Assembly (NCBI GenBank): GCA_964016885.1
Contig: OZ024742.1
Location: forward strand, 122,822,001-122,886,000
Direction of reading: 5' to 3'
DNA: 64,000 bases
Source: Eledone cirrhosa
Lineage: Eukaryota
This document shows positions 24,661-39,300 of this stretch, in pieces; position 1 is the first letter of the stretch, and each line of letters begins with the position of its first letter. The position numbers and the translations under genes are program-made. The notes beneath the pieces were generated by a model, which saw only the letters and a program-made list of their open reading frames with translations, did not search any database and had not been told where the DNA came from.

Positions 24661-25939
24661 AAAGTTGAATTTAATATGATATATACATTTAAACAAGGTT
24701 TCAAGTATGTTTGTTCTGTAATTTGATAGTTTGGTTTGCATCAGAAACTATATTGTATAACACGTGTAGGAGAATTTGGTAAGCAATAATTTATCCATTA
24801 TTCATATTCACAATATAACACATAATGTTGTGTACAAACTGAAAAATGAGACCAGAGGTATTATTTGCACTACGCCCTTTAATTAGTGGTATATTTCTAA
24901 AGTGCAAATAGTGGTTGCATTTGAATGATCTTGCGACCATATATATTTTAAAGGATGAGAAATGGCCTTTTAAAAGGCTGGGATACATGTGATGTAAAAT
25001 GTACTTTCAATGGGGAATTGTAATTAGGTTACATACACACAAGTTAACTTATTCAGAATGTCAATATTAATTTTCCCTTAAGTATGTGCAAAATCCCCTA
25101 TCATAGTGGAACATGAAATGGGAATTATACATATATATATATACATATCCTATATACAATAACAAGAAAAGCTATTTCGATTATTTTCTCTATATGTTTA
25201 ATATTATACATCTCTGGGGAAGGGTTTGGTCGACTTCACTGCCTTACTGGCATGTATTTCTCAGAAGAAGGAGAGGCAGTATACGTAGTCAAAATAATAG
25301 ATTTATAAATGAAAGACCAAGAAGGTGTTTTCATTTTGGCATTGTACAGATTTTGCTATTCCCCTCTATTTTGAAAGTTTGAATATATGTGCCAATTAAA
25401 ATATCCCCGAATCCATTCTCAATTACATGTTTCCTGTCATACCAGGAAATAAGTCTAATTGGATTAAAATATGTTGATGACTGATGGCCTCTGAAACTGC
25501 ACCTGATAATTGATATTCTGAAAGCAACCAAGATATTCTAGATAGGGTATTATCAATGAATCAACATTCTATATCGTCTTCTCACAACAATTAACCTATT
25601 TCGATAACATAGTTATTTCGGAGCACATAAAAAAAAAATAAAAAAAAATCGCAATTGGCTCAGGCAACAATCTGTCAAAATATTCTCACGTGAGGTCATA
25701 TTAGATAAACAGTGACCAGCCAAATATTTCGCACCTTGTTTGTACCGGATGTTAGATAGATGGTACCACAGCCTTCTCAAAATAGAGATATCGTTAATTC
25801 GCCTATAACTAAAAGATTTGTTTTATAAAACATCTAATTTCACGCCAATATTTAGACACATCGATATCAAAAGTTGCATAGAAATGTTTAATTAACTCGC
25901 AGGGTGAATGTCAATTGTTCTCCATCCTTTAGATAGCAG

Positions 25940-26170
25940 CGCTGTCTAAAGGATGCCTCGAGCCAAGAGGTTCATCAAGCCGGTGCTCATACAGGCTTCC
26001 GTGGAGTGAAGATACTGAGAGTACAATACCACACCCTACTGGACAGGACGACAGTCCATCACAGTGTTAAACCGCCAGCATTTCAGCTGGGTATACTGAA
26101 GCAACTTGAAAGGAAGTGTTTTGCTCAAGAACACAATACACAACCCAGTCTAGGATTCGAACCATGATCG
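25940..26170 (-). mobile_element. SINE of a second family
   Basis: Minus strand has B-box-like GGTTCGAATCC followed by GTGTTCTTGAGCAAAACACTT, typical of tRNA-SINE bodies. Confidence 0.65.
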
Positions 26171-26949
26171 GTATAATTTTGTATTCTCAGGTCTGCTATA
26201 ACAAAGTAGACACATAAATGAAAGTAACGGATACTGCCATTCCACCACCCTTTTATGAATAATCAAACCAGATTACTTAGTTTGTTTGTGTTTCATGTTG
26301 ATGAATAGTTTAATACAACTGAATATCCAAAGAAAAACTGAGAATTCACTTTGCTAATCATTTTGCCGCATGTTAGAAAATATTACATTCTGAAATAAAG
26401 CATCCGGAAAACCATCCGTTCGTCAAGTATCAATCTGTGGTTGATAATCTTCTGAAGGAGAGGATTTGAGGACGTGTTAAATAGCTTCAAAATCAACAAG
26501 AAACTTACATGAAGCGCAATATGGAGTCCGTCGTTTCCGTTCCTCTGCTTATGGCATATATTTTGGTAGGAACGTTTTGGGGAAATATGGGGAGTTGTTA
26601 ATTGTACAATGATTTGATTGCAGCATATGACAAATACCAAGAAATGTTCTCTTTAAAGTGCTCTCAATGCGAACTGGAGTTAAATATTTGATTGCAATCT
26701 GACATATGTTTTATGAAGGTAGCACTGCACCCATCAAGGTACGAATCCTTAATTTGATTTCCATGTGGGCCGTAGACAAGAGTCCCTATACATTTTCAAT
26801 TCTTACTTTTTATACAAAAGGTTGTCGCTTATGATATTGATTAAGCGTTTTCTGAATGATGCGTGATTGTGTTTGAATAATATATCTTACATCTATGCAA
26901 ACAAAAAAGAGATCAGAGAAATAATTGTGAAATTAATCTTATTTGCTGG

Positions 26950-27310
26950 ATTTATATCCTGATTATGTAACACCTTAAAATATATGAACTAAAAATATCA
27001 TCCAAGAAGACGAAAACACAAGCGTTCAACAGCAGTGCGCTATTGGAGATGGAATGACTTTTTAGCATAAATGAAAATGCGATAGAGAATGGGAAATAAT
27101 TCCTTAATATGGGAAAGATGATTTCTAGTAATTCAAAATCAATCTCAAAAAGAGCTAAAAATTTCAAAAACAACAGCTAAGTTTAAGGAACTGAGAACTA
27201 TAATAACAGGCACACATGTTAATATGAACAAAACAAGAAAGTTACTAGAAGCATTTGTGAAATCTCGACTGAAATATGGAATAAATCTTTGCTTCCAAAA
27301 GAAGTTCGAA
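26950..27310 (+). pseudogene. possible Penelope GIY-YIG C-terminal remnant
   Basis: RKLLEAFVKSRLKYGINLCFQKK near 27235-27303 resembles the PLE terminal LEA..I...LC.QK motif. Confidence 0.4.
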
Positions 27311-27506
27311 GTGTGTGCTGAATTCTATCTTAAAGAGTCCGGTTAAAAGGGGTGGAGCAGAGTCAATTGTGATGAAATAGAATATAATTTCTACGCCAAA
27401 ACATAGAAATACGAAATATTGTCAATATTTCCCACTTATCAAATTTCACCTATGCACAAATCTTCAGCTATAGCGGACATGTATGTTGAGAAGAAAATAA
27501 AATATA

Positions 27507-28500
27507 CAGGGTCAATAATAACCAAGCATTCCATCATTTATATAATAATATTTACTAAATGTCTGGTCATACATTACGAAATTCTAAATACAAAAATAGT
27601 TAAAACAAAATAATTAAAGTAAGTGTTCAAAATGCTGACCCTGTTCTTCAATACATTTTGAATGTCTATGTAAAAAAACAGGATAGCATACACGTCTACA
27701 CATGTCGACGTTGATTTCTACACAAGAATAAAACTCTCCTTGCTTTAAGATGCTGAACATTTCTGGGTCTTTCAGCGTAGAATGAAATGTTCAGTACACA
27801 CAAAGAAAGAAAATCAAGAGGTGTAAGATCAAATCAATAAGGATATCCGATAGGACCACGGCGTCCGATCCATCTGCGTGCCAAGTGTTCATCAAGCCAT
27901 TTGCGTGCAACAATGCTTTAAAGGGGAGGTGCTCCGTCTTGTTGGAACCATATCTCAAGAGCATGTGGGCATTCGTAAAACTTGGTAGTAAATCATAGTT
28001 GAGTACAAAACATGGCTGATCAAATAATTGGATGTTCAAAGCATTATCTGTGAACTCGTTTATCAAACCAACCAGAAGATATTATCGGTTTTGAAGTATA
28101 CAGAAATTCTAAACCGGTTGATGAGGCAATGAATTTAACACAATCAAGACCTGAGTTCGCCAAGTATTTTATTGAAGTTGGCGGAGAATTTCTGACAACA
28201 AATATCTCGTAACATCTTTGCTTTTGCCCTGAATGTATAATATGCGTGTAAATATTTAAGAACTATTGATTTACTTTGACATGGTTGTGATGACATCCAT
28301 TGCGATTTACTTTTCTCTTATAACGCAGTTATAAATCCCGTATTATCTTCTGTGTGCAGAATTCCGTGACGAGGTCGTCCTGTATTTACGATGCTGATTA
28401 TTTCCTTTCCTCATCCTGCAACCTAAATAGACACAATCCTCGTTTTCATGTTTGAAATAATTGTGTTATATAATTCCAACATGACAGTCGCAAGCACTGT
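27507..28500 (-). mobile_element. Tc1/mariner-superfamily transposon relic
   Basis: Minus strand FQQDGAPP..RKWLDEHLARRWIGRRGP..DLTPLDF..KCIEEQGQHFEHLL* (stop 27614-27616). TA|CAGGGT terminus at 27505-27512. Confidence 0.85.
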
Positions 28501-28712
28501 GTATCTATGTAAACCAGTTCAGTTATCTATGCAGTTCTAAGACGGGTTTGTAGGCGTACATTCCGCCAACACTTTCAGAAGCATCTCTAATAGTGGGACA
28601 TATATGCGTCTACAAAACCAATTTGGTACATAACATCGTCATATATAAGACAAACCACAAATAAAACAATCTCAACCCCCACCTTCGGTGTTAATTGGTC
28701 ATTTCTTTCGTT

Positions 28713-28750
<38 letters not shown>

Positions 28751-28864
28751 ATATGTATATATATATGTATATATATATATATATATATGTATGTATATAT
28801 ATATATATATAAGATATATGTATATCCTTGTGTCTTACACAACCAACATATTACGAACTTTAGA

Positions 28865-28897
<33 letters not shown>

Positions 28898-29012
28898 AGT
28901 GTGTGTGTGTGTGTAGATAGACAGATAGATATACAGATAGAGAGAGAGAGAAAGAGAGTGAGAGACTGAGAGAGAGAGAGGGAGAGAGAGAGAGAGAGAG
29001 AGAGAAAGATAT

Positions 29013-29071
<59 letters not shown>

Positions 29072-29208
29072 AGAAACAAAGAGGTATGTAAAATGCCGAC
29101 CATGTTGGAATTTCACATATCTGTATACCCACTCTGCATCTCCCCATTCTTTGAGTACTCCCATTACAAATGGTCTCCTCGTCCTTAGTACTGCATTCGT
29201 CCTCTCTC

Positions 29209-29263
<55 letters not shown>

Positions 29264-29913
29264 GTGTGGGTGTGTATGTGTGTGTATGTGTGTGTATTTG
29301 TGTGTATTTGTGTGTATGTGTGTGTGTATGTGTGTGTTTGTGTGAACGTGTGTGTATGTCCATAGAGAGTCACATATATATATAGATTTTGATATTCATC
29401 TCACCGAAGAATTACGACCTCTGGTTAACTAAGAATGATCCGGAGCAGGGACCACGTTTTCCCTTACAGGATCTGAGGGTATGTAGCAGAGATCAACACA
29501 TCAAAAGATCCAAATAAGTTGTGATTAGTACAACTCTTTTCCATCATCTTACAATATTGACAGTTATGTATAAATAACTATGTTACGTACAGAGCATGAG
29601 ATATCAATAAATATGTATATAAAGTCATACCGATATGTTAAGTGAAATTATATTTCATTTCGCTGTGACGTGTGGTCATTATTAATAAATAGATTAATGC
29701 CAATTTCTTTCCATAGTTTAGCAGTTAAAAATAAATAATATCTGTTTTTTTTCATAGGAAACTAATCGATTTAATCCTCATTGCAAGCTACCGAAAGCAA
29801 TGTAGTTTAACAATGATGCCTAATTTCGCTGTAACAATAAATATGTTATTATTAAACATAACTTTGGATACGTGCAATTCCTGATACACACTGTAGTCTT
29901 ACTATAGTAATAT

Positions 29914-29986
<73 letters not shown>

Positions 29987-31682
29987 TGTTTGGGTGTGTG
30001 TGTTTTTTATGTGTGTTTGTGTTTGTCTAAATGCTTTTGGGTGTGCGTGTGTGTGTCTGTGTGTGTATATATCTGTATATATGTATATTTATATATTTGA
30101 AATATATCTGGTAAATGTGTGTGATATAATATCTCTAATTTAACGTAGATAAATATATAAACAGTTTTGGCTTTCATTCAATGAACGTGTGTTATGTCGT
30201 TTGGCTACAATGGTGATTTTCGTGGATAAGTATTGAGCAAAGTGTATTTACTGCTTGAAATTTCCGGGTTTCCATAAAGCAATCTGGCTTTAATTATACC
30301 TATTATTGGGGAATAAAATTTTAAAAATACATCAAATGCATCGTACTAATTGACTCAATTCATCTATAATGAATATTGAAACGGTCAATATACTCATTAC
30401 ATGTGAAACTAAATATTACATAACGCTATTACATGATCTAACGTAGAAGGCGAGGTAACACATTTAATTTAATCTATAAGTATGAAAATATAGAACAAAT
30501 TTTAAAAAAATGTCTGCATCAAAATACTTTGGACATATATAATTATCTAATTTATTTTCGTACTAAACATGCCTCCTTTAGAATAATGAGAAATCTAAAC
30601 GGCTATTAGCCTAATACGTAAATGAAGTGTGGCGAAAACTCGCCATCTTATTGCTAACATTTATCAAAGATGAATGTGAAATCAAATTAAACACTATATA
30701 TTCAAACTTCAAACGCCTCTTTTTTCTTTATCGAAAAATCTGCGATCAAGGCTTACAAAGATTTCTCTTTTTTATTGAATCAATCACTATCAACTAATAA
30801 GGAGTCATATCGCTCAAAGAAATGAAACGCTATCATGTGATTGAGTGTACAACGCTGTTTCGATATCTTCTACTTTACATTTATGATATATTTCTAATAC
30901 AAACAACTAATGGCTGAAAAGTTCGTATTATATTTATATATTATATGTTATTTGTTTTGTGTTTGTTTTTGCATTGTTGCTGAATACGACTATTACAAAA
31001 TATGTAAAGAAATAGCTTTATTTAACACATTTATCAGCATTATGACAGATTAGTAAATGTTCTTTTGATTGGAAGGTGAGGCACGGAAATCATATGAAAT
31101 AAGAAAATGTACCATATAATTCCCAATTGAAAATGGAACGGAGAGAAACGAACATATTAAACGATTTATAACGATATGAAACTTTCCTTTGAGCAGGAAG
31201 GCTGTTTACTCATATTGTCAAACGAAACATTGTCTGAGTACTAGATATAAACGTTCTTCTCGTAAGGTTAACCATCCTTGATACAATATAAACCCATACC
31301 CCCATAATGCAGCATTACTTTCCTTCTCAAGATTCAAATCTATTTACGTTCAGCAAGGACATGCAACAAAAAATCAACCACATCTTAAGTGAAGATGTTT
31401 TAGCATTCCGACATTTTAATTTATCTAGGCTGCTAAATAGAATAAATATTTTAAAGTACTTCATGAATAATGTTAACATTTAAAAGTTTGGTAACATTTC
31501 TACCTAACATGCTCCATACGAATTTGTATATTGCTATAGAATGAAGTCGAAATATTGGCAAATATCAATCATTGATCGATATTAATTATTGATTTCATAT
31601 GCTTTTTCATATATTAAGGAACCGCTCGGTGAAAATATTATCACACTTTTCATGCGTAAGGTTTATAAATACAAGTTTTTGG

Positions 31683-31758
<76 letters not shown>

Positions 31759-31769
31759 TATTAATATTA

Positions 31770-34700
31770 TTATCATTACAGTTGAATTTATCTTGCTTTA
31801 TGTTCATACGAGTTATCACCAAGTCACAACCAGTGACCTCAAGAGACAACAAGGTCCGCCATGTTCAAGAAAGAACATACATACACACACATGCATCTTT
31901 AGTGTTTAGACTTGTGATGTACTTATATTGACAGAATCTTCCTTAGTATATGGGCAATTCCCATTAGTACTATCTTTTGTATTTCTCCTATACGCGGGTC
32001 TCCTGGGATTTGCGATAATCAATCATTAGATACCTTAGGTATCATTCCTAGAGCGGCGACAACCACTGGTATTGTTTTAGTTCTGAATTTCCACATTTTT
32101 CCAATTTCTATCTCCAGGTCCTTATACTTGCTCAATTTTTCAAATGTTTTTATATATACATTCTTGTCTATTGGAACGGACATATCAATTAGCAGGCATA
32201 CCCTCTTTTTAAAGTCCTTCATTATTATATCAGGTCTATTTGCATCTATTTTTCGGTCTGTTTGGATGATAATGTTCCACAAGATTGAGATGTGATCATT
32301 TTCATGTATGGGAGGTGGTTGATGCTCCCACCAATTCTTTTGATGGGGCAGGGCAAAATGCTTACACATTATCCAATGTATGTATTGTGCAGCGCCGTCA
32401 TGCCTGTTTAAGTATTCGGTTGGAGCTATAGGACTGCACATTGAAATTATATGATCAATGGTCTCTGGTTGTTTTTTACATACACGGCATAATGGGTTGC
32501 ATCCATTTTTTATTATGTTGGCAGACACTGATCTTGTGCTGATATAATCAGTCCTTAAGCCTCCGATTTCAGTCCAGAGGATGCTAACCATTGATGGATT
32601 AAAGTTTTGTCAACATCCGGATTGTTAGCTCTTTCTGGGTATTTTCCATACAGAGGCTTTTCTTGCCATTTCTTAGCCAGGTTCTGTATCAGTTCTTTCT
32701 TTGCAGTTACTTTTACCTCCTTTGCTTTTTCTGTGTTTTTCATTTCAGCAGTAAATGGAACATCTGAAATTTGTAGTCCATTACTGTATCTTAGTGCATC
32801 TTTTGTAAGGGAGTATGATATTTTGATGCTTTCGTGTTTCAAAACGAGTTTGATCATCCAATCATGTGATTCCGTTAGATATGTAGATAATCCAATTGTA
32901 CAAGTTTTCAACGCAATATCTAACTGGATTAACCCACGTCCTCCTTCTTTCCTAGGGAGATATATTCTATCTGTATCTGCCTTAGGGCGATGCATTCTGT
33001 GCATGGTTAAGAATTTTCGAATTTTTGTATCGAGCCTACGGATCTCTGTGCTTGACCAGTTGATGACATTGTAACTGTAGATTACTACTGGTATGGCAAG
33101 CGTGTTTATGGCATCGCTCCTATTCCTTGCATTCAATTCGGTTCTTAAGATTGCTCTTACTCTGCGGTAACATTCCTTCCTTATCCTTTCCCTCTTTGTC
33201 GTGTGCTTGATTCCGTCTCCTTCACAAACACCTAGATATGTGTAAGCTTCCTCTTGATCAAGTTCTCTTATCACATTCCCCCGATCAAGATTAATTTCTG
33301 AACTTTCCAGCTGCTTTCCTCTGGTGAACGTTGCTTTGGCGCATTTATCTCGTCCAAACTCCATTTTAAACTCATCACTGAACTGCTTCACAGTGGATAA
33401 TAGCCCTTGCAATTGTTCATCATTTTTTGCAAATAGTTTCAGGTCATCCATGTAGAACAAGTTATTAATGGTTTTGTCATAGACTTTACATCCATGTTTT
33501 GTTTCATTGAGTATTTTACTTAATGGTATAAGTGCGATGCAGAATAAAAGCGGTGATAAAGAGTCACCCTGAAAAATTTCACAATTAATATTAACTTCTC
33601 CATCTTCCAGTGATTTATTTTCACTATTCAAAAGAAGTGTCGTTTTCCATGTCTTCATACTGAATAACAGGAACCTCCTGACAACGGGAGATATTTTGAA
33701 AATCTCTAAACATTTTTTCAATCCGACCGTGTGGCAAACTATCGAATGCTTTTTTATAATCTATCCAAGAAATTGATAGATTTTTGTGTATATTATGACA
33801 ATCTTCCACTATCCTTTTGTTAACCAAAAGCTGATCCTTACAGCCATATGAGCCTCTTTTACACCCTTTCTGCTCATTTGGAAATAGATCATTTGTTATC
33901 AGGTGGCCATATATATATTCAGTTAGGACTGATGTTAAAATTTCATACATTGTGGTCAAGCAAGTTATCGGTCTGTAATTTTTGGGATTGTTTGTCTCAT
34001 CATTCTTCGGAAGTAGGAATGTAATGCCGTTAACTAGCCATGATGGTATCTTTTCTGGCTCCTTAACTATTTCATTGTAAAGTTGGGCTAACAGCTCATG
34101 AGACTCTGTGAAGGCACTTATCCAAAAATTTGGTTATTTTTCTTTTCCTGGGGATTTCCATTTGTTGGTTTTTCTAAGAGCCAAATGCAACTGTTCAACT
34201 TTTATATTTTCCCATATTTGTTCCTCAAGGTGAGCTGTATCTTTCATTTGTCTGTCTATCCATGGGGCATGTATATTTAAACTTTTTCTTCGGCCCAGAT
34301 GTTTTCCCAGAATTCTTGCACTTCCTCCTTGGGTGGTATTGATTTAGCAGGTATTGTTGACTTGTCAATTTTTCTGTAGAAGTTTCTTTGGTTCTTTTTG
34401 AACATATTATTGTCCTTATAGAATCTAGATCGTTTTTCAAAGCGCCTTACACGAGCAGATAGATTATTTCTATCAGCATGTCTCTGTCACTTGTTGATTT
34501 TATATTGTATTTTCTTTTCAATTTTCTAAGTTTAGTTTGTTTAACATGTTCACCTACTTTGCAGTTTGTTAACATTTCTATGTCAGGTTTATTTGGCGAT
34601 TGATGTTCTCATGCCATGTAGATTTCTTGTTGGAATTCCTTTGTTTTTTCATTTTCACTCCACATAAGTGAGTGGTGACTTTACCCGATGCATAATAGAG

Positions 34701-35690
34701 ATGATTTAAATCAGTAATGTTTAGTTTGTTTGTGATGATACTGTTTTTGAGAATTATGTTAGTCTTGTGTATTATCTTTTGGTTCTGTTTGGAGTTCTGG
34801 ATGTTAGGGAGGGTGTCTCGTTGCCCCATGTCAGATTCTTTCATTTTCATCCATTCGATCATAATTTCATCCTTCAAGTTGGCAAGTTCATTCTCATTCA
34901 TTTCTTTATCATTTACGATCTCATTATTTTCATTTGGAGTTTCATCTTGAGCATTCACTCCCTCCACTTTTTCGATCCTTTAATTTGTTCTGTTGCCAGT
35001 GATTCCGCCCCAACCCTGGGATCGAAGTGTTACAATTTACCTCGCTTTCACTGACACATGTTTCATTTTCCCTTCGCTGACTTTGTGCTAATAGCTTGAT
35101 CTGATCAATTTCTATATCAGTTAGTAACATTTTTTTTAACAATATGTCTTCGTATATTGGCTAGTTTCTTACTGTCAATATAGCCTCTGTTTTCGGAATG
35201 TTTCTTTTTCCAGTTGATATATCTCTGTTCTGTATTCGATCTATTTGTAGTACATGGCAGTGTAGAAAGCCTCAAGGACTTCTTTATTGTCTTCCCTTGA
35301 ACATTTTTCTCTCTTTTCCTTTGGATTTCTTGGTGGTGAGCATGGAGGGCCAACAGTAGGAGTATTCCGGTTATGGGAGGTCTCCAGCTCCGAAGTGATG
35401 GGAAGGTGTTAACCCTTAGCTGATTTTTCGACCCAGTCTGGTTCCTCTCTGAGGGACGCGGCCCTTTTTGACCCGGGTGACGGCCGATCCGGTATGAAAT
35501 TTTATCATTTGACGTTGACTTTATTTTGTCGCGTTTTAACCGCCAAGGGGTAATCATTTCGTGTTACCACTTCTAGGACGAGTGTCAACCAAAACTAGGT
35601 CGTCCTCCCTAGAGTCACGGCTATTCCCCGCCGACCGCCATCCCGGTATTTCTTGGTCACGGGTTTTCTCTTTTGTTGTTTTTTAAATTG
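31770..35690 (-). mobile_element. R4/Dong-like non-LTR retrotransposon (RT + restriction-like endonuclease), inactivated
   Basis: Motifs [74 protein letters not shown]. Several frameshifts. Confidence 0.92.
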
Positions 35691-35877
35691 TTATTATCAT
35701 GAGTGGTTCCTTAATGTGAGCATTGCGTGGCTTAAGAATGAAATCATTATTAATAATATAATATACTTTTTGTTGAAGTTGCCTGTTATTGTTGTTGACT
35801 ATGTCGGTGGTGGTGCTGGAGCTTTTTCTATTGTTATTTGGGAAGGGAGGAGCTAGAAGTGCCATAGTCGTTGACGT

Positions 35878-36030
35878 TTGACCGGGTCACTAAGTCAGTC
35901 TAATTTTATCTTTTACTAGCCTCTCCCTTGTCTAGTGATACCGCCAACTTCCCCTTTCTTAAGTTAACAAAATATAGTGGGGGGAATAGTGGTGGTAGCA
36001 ATGAAGGAGTGGTGGCGGCGGTGACTATAG
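35878..36030. repeat. unclassified repeat X (second copy 46839-46990)
   Basis: TGACCGGGTCA...TCAGTCTA-TT-TATCTTTT...GAATAG-GG-GGTAGCAAT is shared between the two copies. Confidence 0.7.
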
Positions 36031-36360
36031 TAATGGCGTTTTCGTTACTGAGTTTTGTTGAATAGACTGTTGTAGTATGCGTTTGTTTGATCTGTTTATC
36101 TATGCGGTTTGTCGCGTATGTTTAATATATGTGTTGACATATTTCCTTAATATTTGAATTAAACATTTTGAGAAAACTTGAGATACAATAATAGTAATTA
36201 TTATTATTATGCTGGGATTGGTGGTGGTGGTGGTGAAATTGCCATTATCTGGCTGTTGTATTTAGTGTATACAGGGGGTGATGGGATATGTGGTGTGTCT
36301 AGTTTGTGGTGTTGGTGAAATTACTGTTATTTGGCTGTTCTATATAGTGTATTATTATAT

Positions 36361-39300
36361 GGTCACACATGTATGAAGACAGTAGAAATCTGCGGGGGGA
36401 AAGGTTCGTAACATTAAGCTGTTATAAAGTTTCATTTTTTGAATTTTCTGGTCGGCAACGAAACATAAGGTACACATCTTGGTTTCAAGAGAGGGATACC
36501 TCTCAATATTCGGCTTTAAGCCCGAATATTCAGATTTATCTTTAAAAACTTCGGAAAAAATCGCTTCCCCACCCCAAAAAATGGAAATTTTCGACTTTGA
36601 AACGGTAAACAACGTTCAGGTCAAAAGTTTAAAAGCAGCCACTGTAGATTTCACCACGACTACGACGGCTACAGTCATGCCTGTCATCCACTCTACTGAA
36701 TGTGAAGGCAAAACTCAAAAGCTACCATCACAACCCTCTGTGTTAGCAGCAGTATCATCTGAAAACGACATCACCACCACCGCCGCCGCCAGCGCCACCA
36801 CAGTTACCACCACCGCCTCAACAACAACAATTCAGATCAATAACGACAATAACACCGACAGATTCAATGTAAACACGGATGGCGGTGGCAACAGCAACAA
36901 CAAACAAAACAACAACAACACCAATAACAACAGCCAGAATGACAACACCAACAACAAGAGCATCAGGAGCACCACATTTGCTGCAGCAGCAGCAAAAACA
37001 AAGCGCTTATTGAATATTGATATTAGCGATAAAGAAGAACAGTTGGCCCAGGCGTGGAGGCTAATTAAACGGGAGAAGTCCTGGGCAAACCTGACCATCC
37101 CGGAGGGGGCAATAGCGGCCATGCAAAGGAGGACGGTTTACTTTCGATGCATTTCGGTGCAGACACGAAAAGTAGAACTTGCCAGCCAAGCAGAGTGCCG
37201 AGGCTGCTTTTGAGTACATCGGAAATAATATAGACTATAAAGCAAGAGGAAAACAGTTCGGTACATCTCGGTACTGTTCAAAACCGAGGCCCTTGCTATT
37301 AAGCAGTCGGTTACCCCCTGCAGAACGGAACGCATTGTCATGCATCCGTCCTACAAGGGTAAAAGGACAGTAAAGGTCCGCATTCGCAGCATCCCACCAG
37401 GAATGAACATATGGCGGCTGCTGGGATGTGTAATCGAGGAGGGGACAGTCACTACCCTCCTGAATATCAAAAGGACAGAGAGAGAAGACTGGTCCGGAAT
37501 GGATTTAAAGATTCTTCTCCAAATGAAACCGGAGGACATGAACAACATCCCGGATTTTGCCCGCCTGCAGGACGGGACAACAATCCAACTAATCACTGAC
37601 GCTTCGTCTGTGGGGAAGAAACGCATCTGCAAGCCTTCTGCCCTCAGCGCAAAAATGCAGGGGTTCGCAAACCTCCTTTGTTGCCAACGCCAGTGTCAGC
37701 ACGGAAAGCTGAACCACCACCACCTCCACCAAAAACAACACCAACAAAGACACGGACACGAACATCAAAAACAACCGGATCATCACCAACAACAAAACCA
37801 ATCCAAGGGGAAAACGAGGAAAGCTCCCCCACCCCCAATATACACATAGACAAAACAATAAACGCAAACACAGACACAGAGACACTCTCAGCCACAGACC
37901 CTTTGTCTTCCAGCAGCGAAGATGAAGGAAAACCCAAAAGTGCAAAAAAACAGAGAAAACTCACCCAAAAAAGCCCCAACAAAACACAAAAACATACACA
38001 ACAAAAAATACAGACACCACTAACGCAAACACTTCCCCAATAACATCAGCACCAAGAGCAACATCGACACCACCCCCACAATCCCCGAAACGCAAACAAC
38101 CTAAACAAACACAACTACAAATAAACACACAAATACCTGAAATTGCAGACACCACACCTACAACAAACACAAACATACCCGAAACAACACCACCAAAATC
38201 ATCACCACCACAGTCACCAAGTCGAAAACAAATAAAACCACACCAACAAAATGTTAAAAACTTCGTGCTTGTCAGAAGGGCCAACGATAAATTGATGGCC
38301 CCATTAGCACGAAGCAAGGACATTCAAACAGAGGGGGAGATTTTTGAAATGAGCACATTTTGCGTGCCAGAAGATTTGCTTCTGGTCCGAATGTCACTCA
38401 ATTCCTTCAAAGAAATTCGAGAGAGCTTTACTCAAGACGTGGGAACCCGAGTGTGAAACACACATCGAGACTTTTAAAGGGGTTCCCAAAGAAACCTCAC
38501 CAACCATGGAGGTCGAACCATCCAACCTTCACAAGAGCCGGGGAGGTAAGTAAACCTTCCCTCTCGCTCTTAGCTTACCGACATGGCCATACTAAGAGTA
38601 GGAAGTTTAAACGTTCGCGGCCTGGGTTCACCCTGGAAGCAGGGTCGCTTGCTCAACGACCTGAGGTCGCTGGAAATGGATGTGATTGCTGTCAGCGAGA
38701 CCAGAATTTCCACACGCGCGCACTACCCCCCATTTTCGACGACTATCAGATATTCGCATCTGTTAATAGGCCGGGAATGGGGGTGGCGGGTGCTGGTTAG
38801 GAAAGGACTGGATCTCGATTTAAGGTCGATCTTCCGGGACCCGGACGGTAAGTTGGTGGTCTTGGATGTGAGCAGTAACGAAGGTGGTGCCTTTAGACTG
38901 TTGGCCGTCTACACCTCTACAGGGGCCGGACGAACGGACTTCTTTAGGCGCCTGGAGACCTTTATGGGTACGTCTCGCCCTTTACTATTAGCGGGGGATT
39001 GGAATGGCATCTTAGAAGCACGCTGGGATTGTGTGGGAGTAGCCAATAGGAGCGGTGGGTACAAAAGCCTCAAGCACCTACTCAGCCAGTTCCAACTGTC
39101 TGACAGGTATCGACTAGATTTCCCCAATGTGCTAGTATGGACATGGACCAACCGAATCGAGTCATCTAGATCGTATATAGACAGGATCTTCATTAGGAAA
39201 ATAGATAGAAATAGTGTAGGCTGTCCACCTTTTAAAACGGTCGCCTTTTGAGATCACAAATTTGTGATCTGTACGGTCGACCAAGATAAAACGCGTAGGC

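Noticed and set aside
27425-27475. Minus-strand CTGAAGA...GAAA motif
   Set aside because: Stems I and III do not pair convincingly.
35560-35690. HDV-like ribozyme in the R4-like 5' UTR
   Set aside because: The region is GC-rich and structured, but I could not assign the nested double pseudoknot by eye.
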